32,000 nucleotides of DNA from Bellilinea caldifistulae (GCF_001306055.1 NZ_LGHJ01000028.1:18577-50576), one strand, 5' to 3'. Shown: positions 15,814 to 25,344, counted from the stretch's first letter. Notes: generated from the letters alone by a model not told the origin. A program made the numbers and translations.

Positions 15814-17904
15814 TTGATCGAGAAAAAGAAAGATGGGTCATTGTTCATCAATCAGCAAACTTCCATTCCCCTCAGTGATGAGGAAGGCTCAATCAAGTAT
15901 GTGATTTCGGTGATGGAAGACATCACCGAACGGCGCAAGGCGGAAGATGAAATCCGCCGTCAGAAACGCTATTTTGAAACCCTGGTGGAAAACTCCCCCA
16001 TTGCCATCGTGACTCTGGATCATCAGCACCGCATCACCGGCTGCAACCCGGCATTTGAAAGCCTGTTCGGCTACTCTCGCAACGAGATTCACAACCAGAA
16101 TATTGACAAACTGATTGTACCGGAAGAGGAACTGGAACATGCCAGGTCGCTCAGCGCAACCGTCGTAAGCCGTGGTAAAGTTCACCTGATCGGGCAGCGC
16201 AAGCGCAAAGACGGACGTCTGGTGGATGTGGAAATCTTCGGTGTACCGGTGGTGGTGGATGGTCAACCGATAGGCGTGCTGGGTATCTACCACGATATCA
16301 GCGACCTTTTGGAGGCACGCCGTCAGGCTGAGGCTGCCGCCCAGGCTAAAGCTGAATTTTTAGCCAACATGAGCCACGAAATCCGCACGCCTCTCAACGC
16401 CATCATCGGGATGACCAGTCTGCTGCTCGACACCCGGCTGGATGCTGAGCAGAAAAATTTTGTCGAAACCATCCGCACCAGCGGCGATTCCCTGCTCACT
16501 ATCATCAACGACATCCTCGATTTCTCCAAAATCGAGGCCGGAAAGATGGTGATGGAAAAGCAACCCTTCTACCTGAGCGACTGCATCGAGTCGGCCATGG
16601 ATCTGCTGGTTTCCAAAGCTTCAGAAAAGGGGCTGGATCTGTCCTATTTGGTTCAGGAAAATACCCCCAACCGCTTGCTGGGCGATGTCACCCGCCTGCG
16701 TCAGGTGCTGGTCAACCTGCTTTCCAACGCCGTCAAGTTCACCGAAAAGGGCGGGGTGTTTATAAACGTTGAGTCTGAAAAGATCACTGAGCCGGACGAG
16801 TACCGCGTTCATTTTGCGGTGCGCGACACCGGCATTGGCATCCCGGCTGATCGTGTCAACAGCCTTTTCCAGCCCTTTACACAGGTGGACGCCTCCACCT
16901 CGCGGCGATTCGGCGGTACCGGCCTCGGCCTTTCGATCAGCAAACGATTGGTCGAGATGATGGGCGGTGAAATTTGGGTGGAGAGCGAACCGGGCAAAGG
17001 CTCAACTTTTCACTTTACCATCCGGGCGCAAGCCACCCAGGCCACCCATCTGCTGCCGCACCAGATCCATACCGACGAACTGGCCGAGCGCAAGATTCTG
17101 ATTGTGGATGACAACGCCATGAACCGCATGATCATCTCGCGCCAGACCGCCCGCTGGAAAATGAAACCCTACTCGGTTGCCAGCGGCGCAGAAGCGCTGG
17201 AATTGATCCGCAAAGGGGAAAGCTTCGATATCGCCTTGATTGACATGCAAATGCCGGAAATGGACGGCGTAGCTGTTGCCGGTGAAATTCGCAAATTACC
17301 GGAAGGCAAAAACCTGCCGATGGTACTGTTCACCTCTTTGGGATATAAACCGGAAACTGCCACCCAGGATTTGTTTACCACTGTGCTTTACAAACCGCTC
17401 AAACCAAACCAGTTATTCGAAACCATCCTTTCGGTGTTAAACAATAAACCGCGCCAACAACCCCGCAAACACACCGCGCCAGTCATTGACCATACCTTTG
17501 CGGAACGCTGCCCCATGCACATCCTGTTAGCAGAGGACAATCTGGTCAACCAGAAAGTGGCCATCGGTATCTTGCAGCGGATGGGCTACCACGTGGATGT
17601 GGCCGCCAACGGGCTGGAAGTGCTGGAAGCCCTGCGCCGCCAGCACTACGACGTGGTGCTGCTGGATGTGCAAATGCCGGAAATGGACGGCGAGGAAGCC
17701 GCCCGAGAAATTCAGCGCCGCTACCCACCCGAAGACAGGCCGATCCTGATTGCCATGACCGCCAATGCCCTGGAAGGCGACCGCGAACGCTATCTGGCAA
17801 TCGGAATGGACGATTACATCTCAAAACCAATCCGTGTTGAAGAATTAATGCGCGGTTTGGAGAATGCCTATCAAAAAATTAGACGAGGTGAACATGTCTC
17901 TTGA
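15814..17904 (+). CDS. Hybrid sensor histidine kinase C-terminal part: PAS remainder, PAS, HisKA, HATPase_c, REC, REC
   Basis: H-box [21 protein letters not shown]1 and G2 boxes ([25 protein letters not shown]). Two receivers ([10 protein letters not shown]...DMQMPEMDG and [10 protein letters not shown]...DVQMPEMDG). The track start is only a TTG. The frame is continuous with 14770..15717 apart from the single TGA. Confidence 0.85.
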   Translation: MIEKKKDGSLFINQQTSIPLSDEEGSIKYVISVMEDITERRKAEDEIRRQKRYFETLVENSPIAIVTLDHQHRITGCNPAFESLFGYSRNEIHNQNIDKLIVPEEELEHARSLSATVVSRGKVHLIGQRKRKDGRLVDVEIFGVPVVVDGQPIGVLGIYHDISDLLEARRQAEAAAQAKAEFLANMSHEIRTPLNAIIGMTSLLLDTRLDAEQKNFVETIRTSGDSLLTIINDILDFSKIEAGKMVMEKQPFYLSDCIESAMDLLVSKASEKGLDLSYLVQENTPNRLLGDVTRLRQVLVNLLSNAVKFTEKGGVFINVESEKITEPDEYRVHFAVRDTGIGIPADRVNSLFQPFTQVDASTSRRFGGTGLGLSISKRLVEMMGGEIWVESEPGKGSTFHFTIRAQATQATHLLPHQIHTDELAERKILIVDDNAMNRMIISRQTARWKMKPYSVASGAEALELIRKGESFDIALIDMQMPEMDGVAVAGEIRKLPEGKNLPMVLFTSLGYKPETATQDLFTTVLYKPLKPNQLFETILSVLNNKPRQQPRKHTAPVIDHTFAERCPMHILLAEDNLVNQKVAIGILQRMGYHVDVAANGLEVLEALRRQHYDVVLLDVQMPEMDGEEAAREIQRRYPPEDRPILIAMTANALEGDRERYLAIGMDDYISKPIRVEELMRGLENAYQKIRRGEHVS

Positions 17905-18244
17905 TCTGAGTACGCTCAATTCCTACCGCGATTTCATGGGTGAAGATGCAGACAGTTTCATTGAGGACATTATCCGCTCTTACCTCAATGATGCCCCCCG
18001 CTTGCTGGACACCCTGAAGGAAACCATCACCAGCGGTGATACCGCCCGCTTTGTACGCTCGGCACACACCCTCAAGTCCAACAGCGCCACGCTGGGCGCC
18101 GGGCAACTGGCCAGCATGGCAGCCGAACTGGAACAGGCCGGTAAAACCACCCCCCTGCCAGAACTGGCCGGGAAGGTCGCTGCTGCCGGCGAGGAACTGG
18201 AGCGTGTTTTACAAGCCCTGAAGGATTACTTAAACGGCGGATAA
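17894..18244 (+). CDS. Hpt (histidine phosphotransfer) domain protein
   Basis: HTLKSNSATLGA phosphotransfer motif. The ATG at 17894 has GAGGTG upstream and overlaps the kinase stop (17902-17904) by 11 nt. The track's longer start at 17864 is less likely. Confidence 0.85.
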   Translation: MSLDLSTLNSYRDFMGEDADSFIEDIIRSYLNDAPRLLDTLKETITSGDTARFVRSAHTLKSNSATLGAGQLASMAAELEQAGKTTPLPELAGKVAAAGEELERVLQALKDYLNGG

Positions 18245-18337
18245 AACCGCCTGCAAAGCCGCAGGTTAAATGTTTTCGCAAGGATAGGCAAAGATAGTTT
18301 TCTCCAGCGCACCTGACCGAAAACCCGGTTTTGTTTT

Positions 18338-18381
18338 CCCCCTCCCCCGCCTCAACCCTCTCCCGGTGAATGGGGGCAGGG
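18338..18381. repeat. GC-rich imperfect palindromic repeat element, intergenic copy
   Basis: CCCCCTCCCCCGCCTCAACCCTCTCCCGGTGAATGGGGGCAGGGC. It shares the CCCCCTC(A/C)CCCC...CCCTCTCCC...G-run layout with the copy at 4658-4697. Confidence 0.5.
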
Positions 18382-18403
18382 CAAATACCGGTTTCCAACT
18401 CCC

Positions 18404-18432
18404 TTGACAAAAATACTCATCGGTTTTATATT
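18404..18432 (+). promoter_or_regulatory. Sigma70-type promoter of the padR-ABC operon
   Basis: TTGACA (18404-18409), a 17-nt spacer, then TATATT (18427-18432), about 35 nt upstream of the padR ATG. It is flanked by an ACCGGTTT / AAACCGGT inverted pair (about 18387 and 18449) that could be an operator. Confidence 0.6.
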
Positions 18433-18467
18433 TTCCCGAAATTTGGTAAACCGGTGAGTATTTTTCT

Positions 18468-19061
18468 ATGTCCGTCCGAAACGCACTTTTAGGTTTGCTC
18501 TGCCAGCGCAGCCGCTATGGCTACGAACTGTTGCAGGCTTTTCAGGCAGTGATGGGCGGGCGCGAAACCTGGGAACTCAAACCCGCGCAGGTCTATACCA
18601 CCCTGACCCGCCTGAAAGAAAGCGGTCTGATCGCCGAAGAATCGCCGGAAAGTGAAGCCGACCAGGCCAGGCGTTGTTACACCATCACCCCGGCCGGTAA
18701 AGAGGAATTGCGCCGCTGGTTTGAGTCGCCGGTCAAAGTGGAACATCAGCGGGATGAATTCTTCCTGAAACTGATGCTCGCCATGGCAACCGGACAAACC
18801 GACCCGCGCCGCCTGATTTACCTGCAGCGCACCAGCCTGTTCCAGGAACTGCACCGCCTGACCACCCTGCGTATGGAACTCGATCCGTACACCTCGCTGG
18901 CTCACATTCTTCTGCTGGATCAGGCCATCATGCATGTGGAGGCTGATTTGCGCTGGCTGGACATGATCGAAAGCCGGCTGGACGAAGTCAGTCATCAGCC
19001 GGTGCCGGAACCGGAATTGAAACCGCGCGGGCGGCCGCCCAAATCCAAATCTCCCGATTAG
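18468..19061 (+). CDS. PadR-family transcriptional regulator
   Basis: A winged-helix N-terminus (RNALLGLLCQRSRYGYELLQAF...VYTTLTRLKESGLI) and a C-terminal dimerisation helix region. Confidence 0.85.
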   Translation: MSVRNALLGLLCQRSRYGYELLQAFQAVMGGRETWELKPAQVYTTLTRLKESGLIAEESPESEADQARRCYTITPAGKEELRRWFESPVKVEHQRDEFFLKLMLAMATGQTDPRRLIYLQRTSLFQELHRLTTLRMELDPYTSLAHILLLDQAIMHVEADLRWLDMIESRLDEVSHQPVPEPELKPRGRPPKSKSPD

Positions 19062-19093
19062 TCACCATCCCCCCTATGAATTACGGAGGCATC

Positions 19094-19843
19094 ATGAATC
19101 ACCCAATTGTTCGTACCGAAGACCTGACCAAAATTTACGGGCAGGGTTCAACCGCCATCCGCGCGCTGGACGGCGTCAATCTTGCCATTCAGCCGGGCGA
19201 GTTTGTCGCCGTGATGGGCCCCAGCGGCTGCGGGAAATCCACCCTGCTGCATCTGATCGGCGGGCTGGACCGCCCCACCAGCGGAAAAGTCTTTCTGGAT
19301 GGTCAGGATTTGACCACCCTCAATGATGACGCGGTGACCGCCATCCGCCGGCGTAAAATGGGCTTTGTTTTTCAGTTCTTCAACCTCATTCCGGTGCTGA
19401 ACGCCCTGGAAAACACTGCCCTGCCGATGATTCTGGACGGCATCCGCCCGGCTGAAGCACGTCAGCGGGCGCAGGAATGGCTCGAACGAGTCGGCATGGG
19501 ACACCGCCTGACGCATCACCCCTCGCAACTTTCCGGCGGGGAGCAGCAGCGGGTGGCGATTGCCCGCGCGCTGGCAGCCGACCCGGCCCTGATTCTGGCG
19601 GATGAGCCGACCGGCAATCTCGATTCGCGTTCTTCTGAGGAAATTGCCACCCTCCTGCGCCAGATTTCCTCCACCTGGGAACGCACCATCCTGATGGTGA
19701 CCCATGACGCCCGGATTGCCGCCTACGCCGACCGGATTGTCTTTCTAAAAGACGGCAAAATTGTGGATGAAACTATTCTGGAACATCGCAACGGCGAACA
19801 GACCGAAGCCGTGCTGGATAAAATGCGCGAAATTGGTGACTGA
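19094..19843 (+). CDS. ABC transporter ATP-binding protein (MacB/LolD/FtsE-like)
   Basis: Walker [10 protein letters not shown], signature [15 protein letters not shown], Walker [13 protein letters not shown], and H-loop VTHD. The ATG at 19094 has GGAGG 5 nt upstream. The track start at 19076 is less likely. Confidence 0.92.
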   Translation: MNHPIVRTEDLTKIYGQGSTAIRALDGVNLAIQPGEFVAVMGPSGCGKSTLLHLIGGLDRPTSGKVFLDGQDLTTLNDDAVTAIRRRKMGFVFQFFNLIPVLNALENTALPMILDGIRPAEARQRAQEWLERVGMGHRLTHHPSQLSGGEQQRVAIARALAADPALILADEPTGNLDSRSSEEIATLLRQISSTWERTILMVTHDARIAAYADRIVFLKDGKIVDETILEHRNGEQTEAVLDKMREIGD

Positions 19844-19865
19844 GCAGCCGTAAAAGGAGTATGAG

Positions 19866-22421
19866 ATGAACCTCTACTGGACTCTGGCATGGAGATACCT
19901 GAGCGGACGCAAATTGCGCACCGCCCTGACCACGCTGGCGATTACCTTTGGTGTGCTGGTCATTTTTGGCATGAACACCTTTTTGCCCACCTTCGTCAAA
20001 GCCTACCAGACGCAGGTGATGGCGGTTGCCGGTCAGGTGGATGTCACCATCACCCATAAAACCGGCGAGGCGTTCGATCCTTCGGTTCTCGAAAAGGTGC
20101 GCGCCGTGGAAGGGGTTGAAGTTGCCAGTGGTTCGCTGGAACGCATCGTCAACCTGCCGGCCGATTACTTTGATCACGATCCGCAAGCCTTTGACCGAAT
20201 CACCGCCCTGCTGCTGAAAGGCATTGACCCGACGACCGCACGCCAGATGATCGCCTACAACATCATCGAAGGGCGTTTCCTTGAACCTGAGGATCAGGGG
20301 GCGGCGGTGATCACCCGCTCGCTGGCGCGCGAAATCGGCCTCAAATTGGGCGATACCCTCGCGCTGCCCACCGCTACCGGCATTGCCGAACTGAAGATTG
20401 TCGGCATCCTGCCGGAGCGGATGATGCCCGGTAACGAAGAAGTGCTGGTGACCCTCAGCGATGCTCAACGGTTGATGAACATGCCGGATAAGATTAACAT
20501 CCTGGATGCCAATTTTGGGACACTGGATGAAGCCCGCCGCGCCGAGATTCAAAAACGAATCACCGAAACCCTTGGCGATTCCTTCAAAATCGGCGCGCTG
20601 GAAACCGGCTCGGAAATCTACACCAACCTGAAAAACGCCCAGTTGATTTTTGTGCTGATGGGCTTTCTGGCGCTGTTGATGGGCGGCTTCATCATCTTTA
20701 ACACCTTCCGCACCATCATCGCCGAGCGCCGCCGCGATATTGGCATGCTCCGCGCCCTCGGCGCAAACCGCCGCACCATCCGCTGGCTGATCATCACCGA
20801 GGGGCTGCTGCAGGGGGTGATCGGCACGGCGGCCGGCCTGGTGCTGGGCTACCTGTTCGGGCTGCTGGTGTTGCAGTTGATTGTGCCGGTCGCCAAGCAA
20901 TTTCTCAATATTACCGTCGGCGCGCCGGAGGTTTCACCGCTTTTGCTGATCAGCTCCATTGTGCTGGGAGTGGGCATCACGGTCGTTGCCGGTCTGATCC
21001 CGGCTTACTCGGCTTCGCGAATCACCCCGCTGGAAGCCCTGCGCCCCTCGTTGGGCAAGGTCAATTTCAAGCGGGTTGCCAGCCTGTCCTTTTGGGCCGG
21101 GGTTGTGCTGATGGCGCTGGCCGCCGGGATTTTGTTCAGCCGGCAGGCCGCCCTGATCGGGCTGGGAGCGGTGCTCTTCACCGTCTCGCTGATCCTGATG
21201 GCGCCCGCCTTGATTAACCCGATTGCGGTGATGTTCGGCAGCCTGCTGGCGTTGATCTACGCCCGCAACGGCACAGCCCAGTTAGCCGAGGGCAACCTCA
21301 GCCGACAGCCGGGCCGCGCAACCGTGACTGCCTCCACCACGATGATTGCCCTTGCCGTGGTGGTGATGATGGCTTCCATCCTCTCATCGGTGGCGCTGAC
21401 CTTTACGCGGATCATGGAAAAAAGCCTGGGCAGCGACTACCTGCTGGTGCCGCCAACGCTGGCGGTGTGGGGCTCGAACACGGGCGCTTCCCCACAGCTG
21501 GCCGAGAACCTGCGCCAGATTGAGGGTGTGGAACTGGTCAGCACGCTGCGCTTTGCCGCCGCCCAGATTGGCGATATTGCCGTGGGCGTGCTGGGAATTG
21601 ACCCGGACGCCTACCTTCAGATGGAATCGCTGACCTTCACGACCGGCGACCCGCTCAGCGCGTTTCAGGCGCTCAAAACCGAACGGGCGATGATCATCAA
21701 CGGCGTGCTGGCAACCGCCTCCGGCATTCAGGTGGGCGACGAGGTTGAACTGGTGACCCCCGGCGGCAAACAGACCTACCGCGTGGTGGGGCTGGCAACC
21801 GACTACCTCAACGCCAAGACGACCACCGCCTACATCTCCCAGTCGAACATCGCCCTCGACTTTGGACGGCAGGAAGATGTCTTCTTCCAGATCAACCTCA
21901 AACCGGGCGCCGACCGGCAGAAGGTGGAAAGCGCACTGATGACCCTGCTGAAGGACTACCCGCAGTTCAAACTGCTCAACGGCAAAGCGTACGTGGAAGA
22001 AAACGCCCGCATGTTCGACGCCATCTTCATCGCCATGTACGCCATGGCCGCCTTTCTCGCCATTCCTTCGCTGATTGCCATGGTCAACACGCTGGCTATT
22101 GGGGTGCTGGAACGCACCCGCGAAATCGGCATGTTGCGGGCGGTGGGCGCCAACCGCCGTCAGGTGCGGGCGATCATCCTCTCGGAGGCCCTGATTCTGG
22201 CGGCAATTGGGACGGCGTTTGGTATTCTCGCCGGGCTGTACATGGGCATCATGGCGGTCAAAGCCTTTGAGGCGATGGGCTTCCCCATGGAGTACATCTT
22301 CCCGGCTTCCGGCATTCTGGCGGCGGCAGCAGTTGGCTTGCTGTTTGGGGCGCTGTCGGCGGTTGTGCCGGCCCGTCAGGCAACCCGGCTGGATGTGGTT
22401 GAGGCTCTGCGCTACGAGTAA
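19866..22421 (+). CDS. ABC transporter permease with two FtsX/MacB-type domains (851 aa)
   Basis: AAGGAG RBS. Two repeats of the FtsX 4-TM module (ERRRDIGMLRALGANRR and ERTREIGMLRAVGANRR) are each preceded by a large extracytoplasmic domain. Confidence 0.9.
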   Translation: MNLYWTLAWRYLSGRKLRTALTTLAITFGVLVIFGMNTFLPTFVKAYQTQVMAVAGQVDVTITHKTGEAFDPSVLEKVRAVEGVEVASGSLERIVNLPADYFDHDPQAFDRITALLLKGIDPTTARQMIAYNIIEGRFLEPEDQGAAVITRSLAREIGLKLGDTLALPTATGIAELKIVGILPERMMPGNEEVLVTLSDAQRLMNMPDKINILDANFGTLDEARRAEIQKRITETLGDSFKIGALETGSEIYTNLKNAQLIFVLMGFLALLMGGFIIFNTFRTIIAERRRDIGMLRALGANRRTIRWLIITEGLLQGVIGTAAGLVLGYLFGLLVLQLIVPVAKQFLNITVGAPEVSPLLLISSIVLGVGITVVAGLIPAYSASRITPLEALRPSLGKVNFKRVASLSFWAGVVLMALAAGILFSRQAALIGLGAVLFTVSLILMAPALINPIAVMFGSLLALIYARNGTAQLAEGNLSRQPGRATVTASTTMIALAVVVMMASILSSVALTFTRIMEKSLGSDYLLVPPTLAVWGSNTGASPQLAENLRQIEGVELVSTLRFAAAQIGDIAVGVLGIDPDAYLQMESLTFTTGDPLSAFQALKTERAMIINGVLATASGIQVGDEVELVTPGGKQTYRVVGLATDYLNAKTTTAYISQSNIALDFGRQEDVFFQINLKPGADRQKVESALMTLLKDYPQFKLLNGKAYVEENARMFDAIFIAMYAMAAFLAIPSLIAMVNTLAIGVLERTREIGMLRAVGANRRQVRAIILSEALILAAIGTAFGILAGLYMGIMAVKAFEAMGFPMEYIFPASGILAAAAVGLLFGALSAVVPARQATRLDVVEALRYE

Positions 22422-22448
22422 AACCGGAAGCCGGGGTCATACACCCCA

Positions 22449-22480
22449 CCGCGAGCCGCCTGACGGCGGCTCGCGGTTTC
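22449..22480 (+). terminator. Hairpin terminator after the permease gene
   Basis: A perfect 12-bp stem, CCGCGAGCCGCC-TGAC-GGCGGCTCGCGG, followed by a short TTT(C) tract. Confidence 0.55.
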
Positions 22481-22521
22481 CCGCAAAGGTCAGCGAGCAG
22501 GTTGGGCTGGCCTCTTTGGGG

Positions 22522-22698
22522 CTATCTGGCCGCACCAAAAACGCTGATGGAAATCAGATGACAAACGGCAACCGCTCTTTTCAGCCAGAGTTGCAGTTCT
22601 TGACTTTCGACATACAGACCGTAGAGAATCGCTCCCCCGTAACCCAAAGAAACAAAAAAGAAAATGTCGTAGAACAAAAGCCTTAATTTGCGCATCAT
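22522..22698 (-). CDS. Possible small membrane protein (58 aa), below the ORF-track cutoff
   Basis: Manual translation gives MMRKLRLLFYDIFFFVSLGYGGAILYGLYVESQELQLWLKRAVAVCHLISISVFGAAR. It has two hydrophobic stretches, a weak RBS, and converges on the 22449-22480 hairpin. Confidence 0.3.
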   Translation of the reverse strand: MMRKLRLLFYDIFFFVSLGYGGAILYGLYVESQELQLWLKRAVAVCHLISISVFGAAR

Positions 22699-22803
22699 AT
22701 CCCGGTCAGCCTATCCAATTTTGAGGGGTCTTGATGATATTTCCCCGCTTTTGCCTATTGCAGAGCAGAAATCAAACCTTCTTTGCGAATTTCCGCAGGC
22801 GGG

Positions 22804-23070
22804 TCATTCATCCGGATCGTCCAATTCGTTTTTTCGGGCAAATTCGAGCAAGTCGAAAAGGGAGATTGTGAAAAGAATTTTTCTTTTGCTGTCATCTTCA
22901 AGGATCACTTTTCTGGCATCGCTTTCACTCTCCGCAACCGTCGTTACAAGGATCTTTTTTTCGCCATCGGCAACCACATGCAGATAGAGATGGTAATCTT
23001 CCGGCTCGGCGTACCATGCCCCGCATTGCAAGATCACCGAAATCATTCGGGTTTCCAGTTCGTTGATCAT
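22804..23070 (-). CDS. Hypothetical acidic 88-aa protein next to the CRISPR trailer
   Basis: Clean ORF with an AT-rich upstream region. No family recognised by eye. Confidence 0.5.
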   Translation of the reverse strand: MINELETRMISVILQCGAWYAEPEDYHLYLHVVADGEKKILVTTVAESESDARKVILEDDSKRKILFTISLFDLLEFARKNELDDPDE

Positions 23071-23343
23071 CTCTTTTTTCCCCTTTACGGATCAATTTAA
23101 ACGGATATTGTCATTTATTATCCTGACGGCTTGAGCCTCAGTCGAAATTCCCCCTGCTATACCAGCAAATTATACCCGAAACTTTCCAGTCCAGCCGGTA
23201 ATTGATCTTCAAATGGATGATGATGAGGGCGCAAAACAGGCGGTTGTCGTGTCGTTTCAACCGGCTGATGAGCGGCCGAGCCCGTTGAGGCAGATCAAGA
23301 GATCAGGATGAGCAACAATAAGCCCAAGTCGCCAAAAAGGCGT

Positions 23344-23677
23344 GTCTTAATGCCCTTACGGGCATTTATTGATTCGGACCTTTCCTCTATGATACCGATG
23401 GTGGAAAGGATTTTTAGTTCTGTCTTAATGCCCTTACGGGTATTTATTGATTCGGACGAAATCAGATTTTGTGACGTTTATGAGAACATCGAGACGTCTT
23501 AATGCCCTTACGGGCATTTATTGATTCGGACAAAGCGTGCAAGGACAAGTTCCGCCCGCAGGCGATTTAGTCTTAATGCCCTTACGGGCATTTATTGATT
23601 CGGACTTCAAAAATTTTTACAAAAAAAATACCCCCCTCTTTGTCTTAATGCCCTTACGGGCATTTATTGATTCGGAC
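23344..23677 (-). CRISPR. CRISPR array, 5 x 36-bp repeats and 4 spacers (42, 38, 38 and 36 bp)
   Basis: The plus-strand repeat is GTCTTAATGCCCTTACGGGCATTTATTGATTCGGAC, at 23344, 23422, 23496, 23570 and 23642. Repeat 2 has C to T at 23441. On the minus strand the repeat is GTCCGAATCAATAAATGCCCGTAAGGGCATTAAGAC, with a GCCC-GTAA-GGGC hairpin and an ATTAAGAC 3' end typical of an 8-nt crRNA tag. The AT-rich leader lies on the 23678+ side. This gives minus-strand transcription, the same direction as the cas genes. Confidence 0.95.
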
Positions 23678-23813
23678 CACTGATTCATCTCTGCATTTCT
23701 CTTGTTTTTTCAGTGAAGTCCGTTTAGTATAAGTACATTTTATTACCGGTTTTATAAAAAATCAATCAATTCTGGCAAAAAATTGCTTTTTCCGTACAAT
23801 TTTAATCTTTTTT
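23678..23813 (-). promoter_or_regulatory. Probable CRISPR leader
   Basis: About 135 bp that is strongly AT-rich by eye, directly abutting the perfect terminal repeat. It lies between the cas operon and the array. A candidate TTGCCA-16 nt-TATAAA promoter is present on the minus strand. Confidence 0.5.
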
Positions 23814-23869
23814 GCGTACCCCCCTCCAAAATTCGGTTATTTTTTGGTGGAATGAGGAGGGGGGTACGC
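23814..23869. other. Perfect 14-bp inverted repeat (GCGTACCCCCCTCC / GGAGGGGGGTACGC) with a 28-nt loop
   Basis: Arms at 23814-23827 and 23856-23869, located between the cas6 stop and the leader. On the minus strand the hairpin is followed by A6, not a U-tract, so it is not a canonical terminator. Confidence 0.5.
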
Positions 23870-24082
23870 ATAATCTATACGAAACCCTCAAACGATCACC
23901 ACTTCCGGTGGGGGCAGCGGCTTTCCCTGCCCAACCACCCGTACTTTTCCGCGGCAGGCGGCGCGGCTATCTCCCGCAACGGGAGCGCCGGATGAGCCGG
24001 ATTATCCGAATCGGTTGGGTTGTAGTCCATCACCTCAAACGACGTATGCAGTTTTTAAGGTGCAGAGGCGCGATGCGGGCGC

Positions 24083-24943
24083 TTAATCCGATGTGCGGCT
24101 GGGGGAAGCCAGACGGCGCGCCTGCCCCAGCCCGTAAGCCGCCCCGCTGCCCAGCCCGGAGAATAGCGCAAACTCGGCCAGCGTGTAAAGGGCGGTCAGC
24201 CAGAAGCGGTCGTAGTGGCTGGCGGTGTAGGTAGCCTCACCCACCGCGCCGATGCGCAGCCCGCCCTGTTTGAGCGGCACCGGCACACTGTTCAGGCGGA
24301 AGCGCGAAAGGTGCAGGCACTCGGCGGCAAACCGGCGCGTTTCGGCCGGCAGGGCGAGTGGCGAAAAGGCGTTCCAGCGTTCCAGCAAACTGGTAAAAAC
24401 CTGCTCCGGCAGCGGCAGTGGCAGGTGACGGCCATCCACGTGAAAAGTGGTCGGGCTGGCAAAGTGCAGGGTCAGACGGCGCGGCGGGGCGCTGCCCAGC
24501 AGGTGTCCGGCGGAGAAATCGTCGTAACGCGCCGTAGCCGCCCACGGGTGAGCGACGGGGTCGAAGTGGGCGGCTTCGATGCGGAAGGGCAGGTAATCCA
24601 GCTCCACCTGTGCGCCGGCGGCCAGCGGCCCGCCGGGCTGGGCGGCGGCGAGGAGCAGGCCGGCCAGCGGCGCCGTCAGCGCGGTAAAGCGCAGGGTGTA
24701 GGTTTGTTCGGGCTGCGGGCGGCGCGCCTCAAAATGCCCCAGCAGATTCGAGGCGGTGTAGGGGCGCAGGCCGTTATCGTCGTGCAGTTCGGCAGCCAGG
24801 CGTTCGTCGGAGCGTCGGACGACATCCAGCAACAGAGCCTGCGCCGCCCGCCCCCACCATTCCGGCAGCGGGCGTTCCTCGGCCGCGGCCGGCAGCGGGC
24901 GCACAATCAGCACCAGCGAAAGCAGGTCGGGCGGTGCGCTCAT
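24083..24943 (-). CDS. cas6: Cas6 crRNA-processing endoribonuclease (286 aa)
   Basis: C-terminal glycine-rich loop FSGLGSGAAYGLGQ in a RAMP-like fold. The start MSAPPDLLSLVLIV at 24943 forms an ATGA overlap with the csx15 stop (24940-24942). The 361-aa track ORF is an over-extension. Confidence 0.85.
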   Translation of the reverse strand: MSAPPDLLSLVLIVRPLPAAAEERPLPEWWGRAAQALLLDVVRRSDERLAAELHDDNGLRPYTASNLLGHFEARRPQPEQTYTLRFTALTAPLAGLLLAAAQPGGPLAAGAQVELDYLPFRIEAAHFDPVAHPWAATARYDDFSAGHLLGSAPPRRLTLHFASPTTFHVDGRHLPLPLPEQVFTSLLERWNAFSPLALPAETRRFAAECLHLSRFRLNSVPVPLKQGGLRIGAVGEATYTASHYDRFWLTALYTLAEFALFSGLGSGAAYGLGQARRLASPSRTSD

Positions 24944-25344
24944 CCGGCCTCTCCGTTGGAGGGGTAGCGGGCGGCGCGCGCCCGTTCGCGCACCGCGTTG
25001 AGGTTGAGAATTTCGGCCACCTCGTAGCGCGGCGGCAGCGCATCCGGCACGGGGCGCAATCTGAGCACCGGGGGGAAGTAACCCATCCGCCCGTGCAGCT
25101 CGGCCAGCAGCAGGGCGGTGATGAAGTTGAGCGAGGGCGGGTTGACGAGAATGGGGCGGCTCTGCCACTCGGCCGGGGAGAGGGACAGGCGCGTCATGAG
25201 CGCCTCCAGCTGGGGCAGGAAGGGCTGGTTGTTGTCGAAGTGGACGGGGATGTCCATAATCTCAACCGGCTGGCCGCTGAGCGCTTCCACCTGTTGAATT
25301 TGATCGGTGGTGAGGGGGTGAGAGAAGTTGAGCAGCAAGATCAT
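24940..25344 (-). CDS. csx15: Csx15-like small CRISPR-associated protein (134 aa)
   Basis: The N-terminus MILLLNFSHPLTTDQ... matches my recollection of the Csx15 (VVA1548-type) family. It sits inside the cas operon and has a GAGGT RBS. Confidence 0.6.
   Translation of the reverse strand: MILLLNFSHPLTTDQIQQVEALSGQPVEIMDIPVHFDNNQPFLPQLEALMTRLSLSPAEWQSRPILVNPPSLNFITALLLAELHGRMGYFPPVLRLRPVPDALPPRYEVAEILNLNAVRERARAARYPSNGEAG

Noticed and set aside
19773-20900. Long antisense ORFs inside GC-rich genes: 19773..20900(-), 4221..4952(+), 12933..13595(-), 24215..24967(+), 26725..27414(+), 28160..28957(+), 18489..18995(-) and 19148..19705(-).
   Set aside because: All lie entirely opposite strongly supported genes, have Arg/Gly/Ala/Pro-rich low-complexity translations, and lack RBSs. 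They are shadow ORFs expected in GC-rich coding DNA.
22207-22686. 159-aa plus-strand ORF spanning the end of the permease gene, the terminator and the downstream intergenic region.
   Set aside because: It overlaps the permease out of frame, reads through a strong hairpin, and is Arg/Trp/Cys-rich. It is not credible as a gene.
23100-23343. Additional degenerate CRISPR repeats beyond repeat 1 at the trailer end.
   Set aside because: The sequence at the expected spacing (about 23266-23303) shows no convincing similarity to the 36-bp repeat.
23896-24030. 44-aa minus-strand ORF (MDYNPTDSDNPAHPALPLREIAAPP...) between cas6 and the leader.
   Set aside because: The GAGGTG abuts the ATG directly with essentially no spacing, the sequence is Pro/Ala-rich, and it has no recognisable fold. 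It is probably non-coding.
24944-25168. The 75-aa N-terminal extension of the cas6 ORF (361-aa version in the track).
   Set aside because: The extension is Arg/Ala/Pro/Gly-rich low-complexity sequence typical of out-of-frame GC-rich DNA, and it completely overlaps csx15. The internal ATG at 24943 forms an ATGA overlap with the csx15 stop and gives a normal-sized Cas6.
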